Shown here piece after piece: positions 8,955 to 17,119 of a stretch of DNA of 31,864 bases. This DNA comes from Candidatus Zixiibacteriota bacterium (GTDB lineage Bacteria; Zixibacteria; MSB-5A5; GN15; FEB-12), in contig JBGSIV010000303.1 of the NCBI GenBank assembly GCA_041742355.1, forward strand, positions 1 to 31,864. Direction: 5' to 3'. The notes under the pieces are model-generated. The model saw nothing but the letters and a program-made list of their open reading frames with translations. It was not told the origin of the DNA and did no database searches. Position 1 is the stretch's first letter; each line of letters starts with the position of its first letter. The position numbers and the translations under genes are program-made.

Positions 8955-10199
8955 CTATTCATCAAGGTAACTGACGACAATACCGTCGCGAAGTTTCGGT
9001 TCGAACCAGGTCGACTTCGGCGGCATGACCGTATTCGCGTCCGCCACCGACAGCAACTGGCCGACCGTGGCTGGACGGAGCGAAAAGGCGATGTCGAAAT
9101 TACCGGAGTTGACAAGCCGTTCGAGTTCTCCGGTTCCGCGAATTCCGCCGACGAAGTCTATACGGTCATCGGTGCGAATATCCTTGATACCGAGGTACGT
9201 TGTCAGGAAGTGCGTCGTCAGGATGGCCGAGTCGATCGACTCGGCCGGGTTGGCGGTCGTCACGGATCCCGGTTTCGCCGCCATGCGGTACCAGGCGCCG
9301 CCGATGTAGATGCCGTACTCGTACGGTTCCGTTGGTTCAACCGCGCTATTGGCCGGCGAAATAGTGAACCGCTCGGCGGCGCAGGCGAACAACTGGTCGC
9401 GGCTCATGCCGTTGAGACCGCGGACGACGCGGTTGTACGGCAGGATGCGCAGTTCGTCGTCGGGGAAGATCACGTTGAGAAAGAAATTGTAGTGCTCGTC
9501 GCCGGTGTGGTGCGGATTCCCCGCAGTCCGCCGGCGCGCCACTTCCGCCGCCGCCGCCGAACGGTGGTGACCGTCGGCGATGTACAGCGCCGGAAGTTTC
9601 GCGAAGGCCGCGACGAATTCCCGAACGTCATTGTCGGCCGACACGACCCACAACTCGTGACGGACCTCGTCGGTGGCGGTGAAGTCGATCGCCGCTGGCT
9701 TCGCCATGATGCGGGCGAAGAGTCTCTTGATTTCCTCATTGTTGTGGAAGATAGAGAAGACCGGTCCGACCTGGGCGCCGGTGATTTCGATGTGGTCGGC
9801 GCGGTCGGAGACTTTAGCCGGGCGGGTGTGTTCGTGCTTCTTGATGATGTTGCGGTTGTACTCATCACAGGAGGTAAGGGCCATCAGGCCGGTCTGGCTG
9901 CGTCCCCGCCAGGTCAGGCGGTAGAGGTAGAGGCAGGGTTTGCTCTCGCGCTGCATGATCCCGTCGTCGACAAGCCGCTGCAAGTTCTTCTTGCCGTTCT
10001 CGTAGACGTCGTGATCGGTAGCGTCATGTTCCCGCGGGAAATCGACTTCGGGCTTGTTGACCCGCAGGAACGAGATCGGATTCCCCTTGATCAGCTCCCG
10101 CGCTTCATCGCTGGAGAGCACATCGTACGGGGGCGCGGCCACTTGGGCGGCGTACTCGGGACGGGGCCGGAGACCCTTGAAGGGCCTGATAATCGACAT
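8955..10199 (-). CDS. DUF1015 family protein
   Basis: IRPFKGLRP, APPYDV, IKKHEHT, YIADGHHR, FVGGIRG, MPPKSTWFEPKLR; typical serA/serC neighbour. Confidence 0.93.
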   Translation of the reverse strand: MSIIRPFKGLRPRPEYAAQVAAPPYDVLSSDEARELIKGNPISFLRVNKPEVDFPREHDATDHDVYENGKKNLQRLVDDGIMQRESKPCLYLYRLTWRGRSQTGLMALTSCDEYNRNIIKKHEHTRPAKVSDRADHIEITGAQVGPVFSIFHNNEEIKRLFARIMAKPAAIDFTATDEVRHELWVVSADNDVREFVAAFAKLPALYIADGHHRSAAAAEVARRRTAGNPHHTGDEHYNFFLNVIFPDDELRILPYNRVVRGLNGMSRDQLFACAAERFTISPANSAVEPTEPYEYGIYIGGAWYRMAAKPGSVTTANPAESIDSAILTTHFLTTYLGIKDIRTDDRIDFVGGIRGTGELERLVNSGNFDIAFSLRPATVGQLLSVADANTVMPPKSTWFEPKLRDGIVVSYLDE

Positions 10200-10224
10200 G
10201 ATAGTCCTCGCTTTTGAGCACCAA

Positions 10225-10242
10225 ATGTGAACGAATTCACAA
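10225..10242. promoter_or_regulatory. Rex-type operator upstream of DUF1015-serA-serC
   Basis: ATGTGAA-CGAA-TTCACAA, one mismatch to TTGTGAA-N4-TTCACAA, just downstream of a -10. Confidence 0.75.
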
Positions 10243-10250
10243 CAGGCTAA

Positions 10251-10278
10251 AATATACGAGCGGCGGGCTAAAGGTCAA
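10251..10278 (-). promoter_or_regulatory. sigma70 promoter of the serine operon
   Basis: TTGACC (10278-10273), 16 nt, TATATT (10256-10251). Confidence 0.6.
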
Positions 10279-10304
10279 CCGAATTCGGGCTTCGGAGTTG
10301 ACCT

Positions 10305-10322
10305 CCGACCGTTTTTGGCGGC
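10305..10322. repeat. Left arm of an 18-bp perfect inverted repeat (partner at 11316-11333)
   Basis: CCGACCGTTTTTGGCGGC is the exact reverse complement of GCCGCCAAAAACGGTCGG. Confidence 0.85.
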
Positions 10323-10982
10323 TGCGAAGAAGATTGGTAACTGTCGCTGTAGTATTGTAATACGGACAATCCGGCAATCCCGCTAGGACGCCGCAGGTCT
10401 TGCGGACGAAAAGCAGTCTCGACCCGGCTGAGCATCCTCCATGTGAACGCCGACGGGCGCGTAGGTCTGCCGGTCTTGGTCGGTAACCAAAACACGATTA
10501 AACTTCCCCGATTTTTCCTCCAATTTCCGCGATCCGGCGCGACTGCGGTCGGATGAAATGTTCTGCCCTGGTTCTCCTCCTATCCCGCCCGGACGCTCCG
10601 ACGCCATCGGATGAGCAGGGTCGGCCCGGCCGAAACATCCGCAACCTGCACGTCGCCTGCGTCATCGCTGTTCCTGCCGGCAGCCGGGGCGAGTCAGGCG
10701 GTCGCGAATGAACGGATCTCGAGTTCGTTTTCATGCGGCGGATTGCAGTCGGTTCGGTTACCGGACTAAAGTTGTCTCTGGCGGGCGTGCTCAAGCGAAT
10801 AATCCGGTATTTTCTGCGGAACCCAAATACCCCCTGGTGCACTACAAAAACCGCACCAGGCGGGGAAAAAATCTGTTGCGCCGGCGATTCCACACGTTCT
10901 ATATGGGAGCGGAATCGCCCGTTCTGAGGAAGAAACGGCTCCGAGCGGTACTGCGAACGGACAAAACCTGAAGGACACAACC

Positions 10983-11156
10983 ATGCTGTGCGCACAATGC
11001 GGCGAAGAGATCAAGGGGAAACCGGTCAAGCAGGACGGCGAGATCTACTGCTCGCTCGAATGCGCTTACATCGCCGCGGGACTGGACCCGGAAGAGGACG
11101 AAGATTACTTCGAGGAAGATCCGGTGGAGGGGACGATTGACGACGACGATGAGTGA
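10983..11156 (+). CDS. Small zinc-finger protein (CxxC-x16-CSxxC) with acidic tail, 57 aa
   Basis: MLCAQCGEEIKGKPVKQDGEIYCSLECAYIAAGLDPEEDEDYFEEDPVEGTIDDDDE; AAGGA SD; GC-rich third positions; below ORF-track cutoff. Confidence 0.85.
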   Translation: MLCAQCGEEIKGKPVKQDGEIYCSLECAYIAAGLDPEEDEDYFEEDPVEGTIDDDDE

Positions 11157-11315
11157 TCGTCGGCGAATGTCGGCCTGCTCCCATACCAGTCCGACCGGCT
11201 CCAGGCACACGGGCGGACCTACGTCATACTACACCTGCCGTTGACCCGGCCTATGATTCGCTTCTGACTACGCAGGGCGGCCCGCGCCACTCCCGGAGTA
11301 TGCCTGTGAAGACGC

Positions 11316-11333
11316 GCCGCCAAAAACGGTCGG
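11316..11333. repeat. Right arm of the 18-bp inverted repeat
   Basis: GCCGCCAAAAACGGTCGG; overlaps the greA terminator. Confidence 0.85.
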
Positions 11334-11355
11334 CTGCACTGACTGCCGCCGACCG
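11322..11355 (-). terminator. Intrinsic terminator after greA
   Basis: CGGTCGGC...GCCGACCG stem followed by TTTTT on the - strand. Confidence 0.7.
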
Positions 11356-11415
11356 AGTCGATTGCCGCTGCACATGCGTTGCGCCGATCAGGGAGGGATT
11401 CCCTTTCGCACGCGC

Positions 11416-11892
11416 CTATTCACGGGAGATCTTGACGACCTTGTATTTGAGCATGCCGGCTGGGACCGCAATCTCGGCCACCTCCCCCTCAGCCTTGCCG
11501 AGGAGGCCCTTGCCGATAGGTGACTCCACCGAGATAATGTCATTGTCGACATCGGCTTCCGAGGGCGGGACGATCGTGAACTCGATTCGTTCGCCATCGC
11601 GCTCATCTTCGACACAGACTTTTGCGTAGAGGTAAACTTTGTCCGACGGAATCGCATCTGTGTCAATTGTGTGCACCCGGGAGAGTTTCAGTTCCAGTTC
11701 GGAAATCCTGCGCTCCAGATGCCCCTGGGCCTCTTTAGCCGCATGGTACTCAGCGTTTTCCGACAGGTCACCGAGCTCCCGCGCCCGCTTGATCTCGGCC
11801 ACGATTTTCGGCCGATCTTCGAACTTCAGGCGTCTCAACTCCATTTCGAGTTTTCGTACGCCTTCTTTTGACATGTAAATGGGTTCACTCAT
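11416..11892 (-). CDS. greA: Transcription elongation factor GreA
   Basis: ARELGDLSENAEYHAAKE, ISVESPIGKGLLGK. Confidence 0.97.
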   Translation of the reverse strand: MSEPIYMSKEGVRKLEMELRRLKFEDRPKIVAEIKRARELGDLSENAEYHAAKEAQGHLERRISELELKLSRVHTIDTDAIPSDKVYLYAKVCVEDERDGERIEFTIVPPSEADVDNDIISVESPIGKGLLGKAEGEVAEIAVPAGMLKYKVVKISRE

Positions 11893-11899
11893 ACGGTCT

Positions 11900-11928
11900 A
11901 TTATACGTTATTTCCCGACAGGGAGCAA
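11900..11928 (-). promoter_or_regulatory. greA promoter overlapping the symporter 3' end, leaderless or nearly so
   Basis: TTGCTC-17 nt-TATAAT, 7 nt to ATG, no SD. Confidence 0.7.
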
Positions 11929-13308
11929 GGCATCATCGGTAACCCGCTGTGCCCGTAGTAGAAAGATCGCCAGTGACACGGCCAGTCCGGGGAAGATCGG
12001 CTGCACCCCCAGCCAGTACGATCCATCGGCCCGGATATGGCTCGCGGCCAGCCAAATCGCTGATATACCTCCTGAAAACACAATTGAAAGCAACGCCCAT
12101 GTCGGTGGCAGCCGCCGTGTGCCCACATACGACGTGAAGACCGGAATGAGAAGGGCCGGGGTGCCGATTGAACCGAACGCGTGCCAGATATCCACGACCG
12201 AGCGGTAGAGAATTGCCACTGCCACCGCCGACAGGCCGGAGACGACCAGACCTATCCGCGTGAATTTCAGTATCCCCCGATCATCCAGCTTCATCGCCCT
12301 CCCGACTATGTCATTGCTGAAGGTCGACGCGGCGATATGGGAGTACGAGTCGATGGTTGACATGACCGTGGCCAACAGCGCCAGCGCGAACAATCCGAGC
12401 AGTCCGACCGGCAGCAGGTGCAGGCCGAGTGCGGGGTACGACGCCACCGGGTCAGCGAGGTCAGGCAGGAGGGCCCGGGCGTACAACCCCGACATCGTGG
12501 TCAGGAAATCAAAGAAGGCCCAGCACGCGATCGACACAAATATTCCCGCGCGGGCCACCGCCGGGCTCTTTGCCGCGTAGCAGCGCTGGAAGAACGCCGG
12601 CTCGATCAGAGTCGCCAGCGCGATGAAGTACCAGATCGCGATGTACCACGGCGAATTGCCGCCATGCCAGGTGAAGTGCGTCGGCGGCACATGCTGCTGC
12701 AGATAGTCCCACCCGCCGTACCGGACAAACGCCGCCGCAACGAGTAGCACAAATCCCACGAACATGAGGGTGAACTGGAGGATATCGGTCCGCACCACCG
12801 ACCGAAACCCGCCGCTGTAGACGTACACAATCGAGAAGAATGTCCCCGCCACCACTCCCACCCAGAAGGGCCAGCCGAAGAGGTGCTGACAGAGGACGCC
12901 GACCATGAGGATGTAGGCGGCCGGAACGGTCATCAGGTAGATGATCACCGAACCGGCCACCGCAGTCTTCGAATCATAGGTCTGCGCGAGGCGTTCCGGA
13001 ATGGTGAGCACTTGGGACTGCCGTGCCCGTCGAGCCAGATAGACAGCGAAGAGCGCCGCAGCGAGATAGTACGGCACACCGAAGACCAGCCAGTTCGACA
13101 GGCCATACTTGTAGCTGTACTCCCCGACACCGAGAATACCGCCGTACCATGTCGATACGAGGCTGGCGACAAAGGCGGGCAATGTAAGCATCCGACCGCC
13201 GAGGATCAGATCCCCGGCGGTGCTGTCCTTCCGCAACGATCCCCGCAGGCCGAGGTACAAGAGGATCACGAGGTAGGCGATAACCAGCCCGTAGTCAATC
13301 CAGTGCAT
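11908..13308 (-). CDS. Sodium:solute symporter (SSS) family, probable thiamine or precursor transporter
   Basis: Polytopic membrane protein; SLVSTWYGG, YVYSGGFRSVVRTDILQ, QRCYAAKS, ATVMSTIDS; second gene after the TPP riboswitch. Confidence 0.88.
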   Translation of the reverse strand: MHWIDYGLVIAYLVILLYLGLRGSLRKDSTAGDLILGGRMLTLPAFVASLVSTWYGGILGVGEYSYKYGLSNWLVFGVPYYLAAALFAVYLARRARQSQVLTIPERLAQTYDSKTAVAGSVIIYLMTVPAAYILMVGVLCQHLFGWPFWVGVVAGTFFSIVYVYSGGFRSVVRTDILQFTLMFVGFVLLVAAAFVRYGGWDYLQQHVPPTHFTWHGGNSPWYIAIWYFIALATLIEPAFFQRCYAAKSPAVARAGIFVSIACWAFFDFLTTMSGLYARALLPDLADPVASYPALGLHLLPVGLLGLFALALLATVMSTIDSYSHIAASTFSNDIVGRAMKLDDRGILKFTRIGLVVSGLSAVAVAILYRSVVDIWHAFGSIGTPALLIPVFTSYVGTRRLPPTWALLSIVFSGGISAIWLAASHIRADGSYWLGVQPIFPGLAVSLAIFLLRAQRVTDDALLPVGK

Positions 13309-13316
13309 CGGTCATC

Positions 13317-15791
13317 TCAGAAGACATCGAGTCGTATCTCTCCAAAGTACCAGCGTTCCGGCGCCGTGAAGTACTCGGCCCAGCCGTAGAGCACCGGGCT
13401 GCCACCTCCATCCTGCGCATAGTTGCCGCCGTAGCCGCTCGCCTCATACTTCTTGTCAAACAGATTGTTGACCCGGAGGCTGACGGTAACCGTGCCCGCA
13501 TCCAGCAAGTCCTTCACCCGGTAGCTCAGCGCAGCCGATGACGTATAGAACGGATCGATCTTCAGGTCATCGCTGTTGCCGAGGTCAAGGTACTGCCGGC
13601 CGATAAACTGGTGCTGCCAGTTGGCGCGGAAACCGTCCCGTTCATAGTCGATCAGGAGATTTCCGGTGTATTCCGGGAACCCCGGCACGACTTTATCGGC
13701 GAAATCGATATCCTGCTGACCAGCGTAGTTCCAGTCGGCGTCGTAGAAATCCACCTGCCCGACGAAGTCACGCACGCGGTTGTAGACGTAGGAGAAATTC
13801 CCCTGTACGCCGAGCGCTTTGGTCACCTGTCCCCTGCTCGAGAGCTCGATTCCGGCGTGCACCGAACGGTCGGCGTTGACACTCCGCCGCAGGCCGTCGT
13901 CGTCAACCGCGCCGTAAGGGAGAATCTCGTCCCGGAACTCCATCCAGTAGAAGTTGAGATCGAGCACGAGCCCTTTGTGGCGGTAGCTGCCGCCGAGTTC
14001 GACATCGTACACCCGCTCGGCCGAAGCGGTGGGATCGCCGAAATCCCAGACGGTCGAGTCGGAGTTGACCGCGAGAACATTCAGTGATGGGAGCACGTAC
14101 GGGTCGTTCGCGTCATAGATGGTTGCATCGGTGGGGGTGCGCGACGACACGGCGAAGCTGGCAAACAGGTTCACCTGCGGCGTCAGTTCATAGGTGAGGC
14201 CGAACCGCGGCGAGAAGAACAGCCAGTCCACGTCGTACGCATAACCGCGAAACGCACCCATCCGCTCCTGGTCAAAGTCGTACCGTTGGTAGCGCAGCAT
14301 TGCGGTTGCCTGACCCGAGAGCCGTTCGCTCAGCCGCACGTACTCCTGCGCGAACAGATTCGCTTCCACCTTCTCGCCGAAATACCGGTAGTAGCGGTGG
14401 CGGGAGTTGTACGAGGGATCGTTCACTCCTTCGACCCAGACGACCTGTCCCCAGTGATCCGAATCAAAATAGTAAAACGAGCCGCCGAGCGAGTGACGCC
14501 CGCGCGCATGTTCCAGATCCAGACGCGGGTTCCAGCCCCACTGGCTCTTTTTCACCCACTGCTGGCGTACCAGGTCCGGTTCGTCGACCGCAACCACCGA
14601 GGGATCCAGGCCGTACTGGCGGAAGTCGTCGTCCCCCTCCAACTGCTTGAGCTGTTCGTAGTACCCCTCGCCGCGGATGTAGTAAACGGTGTTCGACAGC
14701 GTCGCCCGGTCGGACAACCGATAGGTGTTGTGCAGGTGGTAGTGCGGCTGGTTGAAGTTGTCGGTTTCATTGGCATAGGAGAGTGGATTGCTGCGGCGAT
14801 CGTTGCGCAGTGTTTCCCGGTCGACCCCCCAGTAGGCGAGATGCATCCGGATCGGCCCGCCGTAGATATACAGCTCGGTTGTCATGTTCGGGTCAAGGCG
14901 TGCGAGTGACAGGTAGTACGACCAGCCGTCGTACCAGCTGTTGTACCGGTAGCCGCCGGTACGCTGGTCGGAGTAGCGTCCGGTGAACAGCCAGCGCCCG
15001 TCGATCAGCCCGGAAGCGTATTCGATGCTCGACTTGTATATATCGCTTACTCGCTCTCCGCCTGAAGTATACTCACCGTAGCCGGATGTGACCGTCACCT
15101 GGCGCTCCCGGCCCAGCGTGTTGGTCACGATGTTGAGCGCGCCGCCGAACGAGGCGCCGCCGTAGAGTGAGTTGCCCACACCCCGCTGCACCTGGATGTC
15201 GGTGATGTTGGCGGCGAAATCGGGCAGGTCGACAAAGTACGTCGCCTGATCCTCCGGGTCATTGAGCGGCACGCCGTTGATGTAGGTCGCGATCCGCTTG
15301 TCATCGAACCCCCGGATTCGCACGTAGGAGTAACCGAGGGCCGCGCCGCCGTCGGTGTAGGTGTAGAGATTCGGTGTGGTCTGCAGGAGGAGTGGAAATT
15401 CCCCCACGCGGTAGTCGCGCTCGATCTCTTTGGCCGAGTAGTTGGTGAAGGCGATCGGAGAGATCCCCTCCTGCGCGCGATCTCCCCGCACGGTGATGTC
15501 GCTCCCTCGGTAGAAGCGGTGTTCGAGCACGACCGTATCGGGAACCCGGCCGACAGCAAACTGCCTGGGCTGGTAACCGACCGAGGAGAAGGTGACGTGG
15601 CGGATCTCCTCTCCCACCGAGAGGGAAAAGCGCCCGTCAGCGTCGGCGATGGCCCCGACACTGGAAACGTTGGTGGTGAGCGTGACTCCCGGGAGAGGTT
15701 CCCTCTCGGGATTGACGACAATGCCGGCCAGTTCGCCGGCGTGCAGCGACGCCGCACAGAGCAGCGCCGCGATGGCGACAGTTAATCTCAT
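13317..15791 (-). CDS. TonB-dependent receptor, probable thiamine outer-membrane transporter
   Basis: Signal peptide, carboxypeptidase-regulatory-like N domain, plug IRGFD..RI...INGVPLNDPE, IQVQRGVG.S, VNNLFDKKY, C-terminal Phe; TPP riboswitch leader. Confidence 0.93.
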   Translation of the reverse strand: MRLTVAIAALLCAASLHAGELAGIVVNPEREPLPGVTLTTNVSSVGAIADADGRFSLSVGEEIRHVTFSSVGYQPRQFAVGRVPDTVVLEHRFYRGSDITVRGDRAQEGISPIAFTNYSAKEIERDYRVGEFPLLLQTTPNLYTYTDGGAALGYSYVRIRGFDDKRIATYINGVPLNDPEDQATYFVDLPDFAANITDIQVQRGVGNSLYGGASFGGALNIVTNTLGRERQVTVTSGYGEYTSGGERVSDIYKSSIEYASGLIDGRWLFTGRYSDQRTGGYRYNSWYDGWSYYLSLARLDPNMTTELYIYGGPIRMHLAYWGVDRETLRNDRRSNPLSYANETDNFNQPHYHLHNTYRLSDRATLSNTVYYIRGEGYYEQLKQLEGDDDFRQYGLDPSVVAVDEPDLVRQQWVKKSQWGWNPRLDLEHARGRHSLGGSFYYFDSDHWGQVVWVEGVNDPSYNSRHRYYRYFGEKVEANLFAQEYVRLSERLSGQATAMLRYQRYDFDQERMGAFRGYAYDVDWLFFSPRFGLTYELTPQVNLFASFAVSSRTPTDATIYDANDPYVLPSLNVLAVNSDSTVWDFGDPTASAERVYDVELGGSYRHKGLVLDLNFYWMEFRDEILPYGAVDDDGLRRSVNADRSVHAGIELSSRGQVTKALGVQGNFSYVYNRVRDFVGQVDFYDADWNYAGQQDIDFADKVVPGFPEYTGNLLIDYERDGFRANWQHQFIGRQYLDLGNSDDLKIDPFYTSSAALSYRVKDLLDAGTVTVSLRVNNLFDKKYEASGYGGNYAQDGGGSPVLYGWAEYFTAPERWYFGEIRLDVF

Positions 15792-15887
15792 GACAACAAC
15801 CTCGCTAAGGTTTGCGGTTCAGCAAGGTTCCGTCCTGAGGGTCATAGGTAGCCTGTACCAGGCTCTGGGGATGCGATCTGAACATCT

Positions 15888-15967
15888 CCGTTTCCCTACG
15901 CCGGTATTACCCGGATCAGGTCGAGGGGGTATGATCTCAGGCGGTACTATTACGCCACCCCCAACGG
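15888..15967 (-). ncRNA. TPP riboswitch aptamer
   Basis: Minus strand ccgttGGGGGTGgcg...cgcCTGAGAtcATACCCcctcgACCTGATCcGGgTAATACCgGCGTAGGGAaacgg; P1 ccgtt/aacgg. Confidence 0.96.
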
Positions 15968-15989
15968 AACAACTTCGTTCGTTACCGGT

Positions 15990-16018
15990 GATATAGGCCA
16001 TCGGTCTTTCCCGCGCAA
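15990..16018 (-). promoter_or_regulatory. Promoter of the TPP-riboswitch operon
   Basis: TTGCGC-17 nt-TATATC just upstream of the aptamer. Confidence 0.6.
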
Positions 16019-16134
16019 GGATTTTCTGTAACCTTTGGCCGACCGATTGCGTCTATGAATTAATGCATCGCCGCCCGACGGTAATTCGTTATACTATGGG
16101 ATTAGTGAGTATAAGACCGAAAGGACGGTACGAT

Positions 16135-16974
16135 ATGGCTGACGAACGTTCTCCCGACGATATCAAGAAGGCCGTGCGCGAGCACTACGCCGCCGCGATT
16201 ACCCAGAACACCGGCTGCTGCTGCGGCCCCAAACTGCAGAATCTCGATCCGAACGCGCCGACCTTTGCCGAGCTGGCCGGTTATTCGGATGCCGAGACGG
16301 CGGGCCTTCCCGACGGCGTCACCACCTTCGGCTGCGGCAATCCGGTGAATTTCATGGAGGTCGCCCCCGGTCAGACCATTCTCGATCTTGGCTCCGGGGC
16401 GGGGCTCGACCTGATCCTGGCCTCAAAGAAAGTCGGCCCGACCGGCAGAGTGATCGGGTTGGATATGACGCCGGAGATGATCGCCACCTGCCGCAAGAAC
16501 CTCGCCGCCGCCGGCATCACCAATGCCGAAGTGGTGCAGGGTGAAATGGAGCACATGCCTATTCCCGATGCCTCGGTGGACTGGATCATGTCCAACTGCG
16601 TGATCAACCTGTCTCCGGACAAAGCGCGGGTGCTCGCCGAAGCGTATCGGGTGCTCAAACCGGGCGGACGGGTGATGATTTCCGATATCGTGACCAACAA
16701 TCTCCCCGAAGAACACCGCGGCGATATTTCGGCCTGGGTGGGCTGCCTGGCGGGAGCCCCCGAAGAGGCTGATTACCTCCGGCTGATGCGCGAGGCGGGA
16801 TTCGAGGACGTCCGCATAATCGAGAAGTCTACCTATGACGAAGTATCGCTGGCCACGCTGGCCAACGATCCCTGCGGATGCGGCGCCGCCGACCGTTCGA
16901 TCGATGGGTCGATTGTCCAGAAGTACGCCGGACGGGTAGCTTCGGCAAAAATCACCGCCCGTAAACCGGGCTAA
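16135..16974 (+). CDS. arsM: Arsenite S-adenosylmethionine methyltransferase
   Basis: GCCCG, FGCGNP, LDLGSGAG, GLDMTPEM, SNCVINLSPDK, WVGCLAGA; start ATG 16135 after AAGGA. Confidence 0.92.
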   Translation: MADERSPDDIKKAVREHYAAAITQNTGCCCGPKLQNLDPNAPTFAELAGYSDAETAGLPDGVTTFGCGNPVNFMEVAPGQTILDLGSGAGLDLILASKKVGPTGRVIGLDMTPEMIATCRKNLAAAGITNAEVVQGEMEHMPIPDASVDWIMSNCVINLSPDKARVLAEAYRVLKPGGRVMISDIVTNNLPEEHRGDISAWVGCLAGAPEEADYLRLMREAGFEDVRIIEKSTYDEVSLATLANDPCGCGAADRSIDGSIVQKYAGRVASAKITARKPG

Positions 16975-16993
16975 AACCGGATCACAAACAGCA

Positions 16994-17020
16994 ACCGCCG
17001 CGGTTATTCGCCGCGGCGGT
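16994..17020. terminator. Hairpin between convergent genes, probable terminator
   Basis: ACCGCCGCGG-7 nt-CCGCGGCGGT; T-rich tail on the - strand. Confidence 0.6.
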
Positions 17021-17119
17021 CCCTCTCAAAAAGAGCTGCCTCGCTGTCAGTGCAGGGTGCTGTTTGTCGACAGGGGGTCGCTGAACCCCACCCGTTGCGG
17101 CGCTCCTGTCGGTATCTTC

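Noticed and set aside
10391..10405. SECIS-like hairpin CCGCAGGTCTTGCGG
   Set aside because: No TGA at suitable distance upstream and no coding frame around it
10608..10640. Hammerhead-like CGGATGAG...CGAAAC
   Set aside because: Core should be CUGANGA; U4 is G here, stem II closure is off, and no stem III or cleavage triplet is evident
16135..16974. Selenocysteine in ArsM (and in OsmC at 26832-27260)
   Set aside because: Both families have Sec variants, but here all relevant positions are Cys codons in uninterrupted frames
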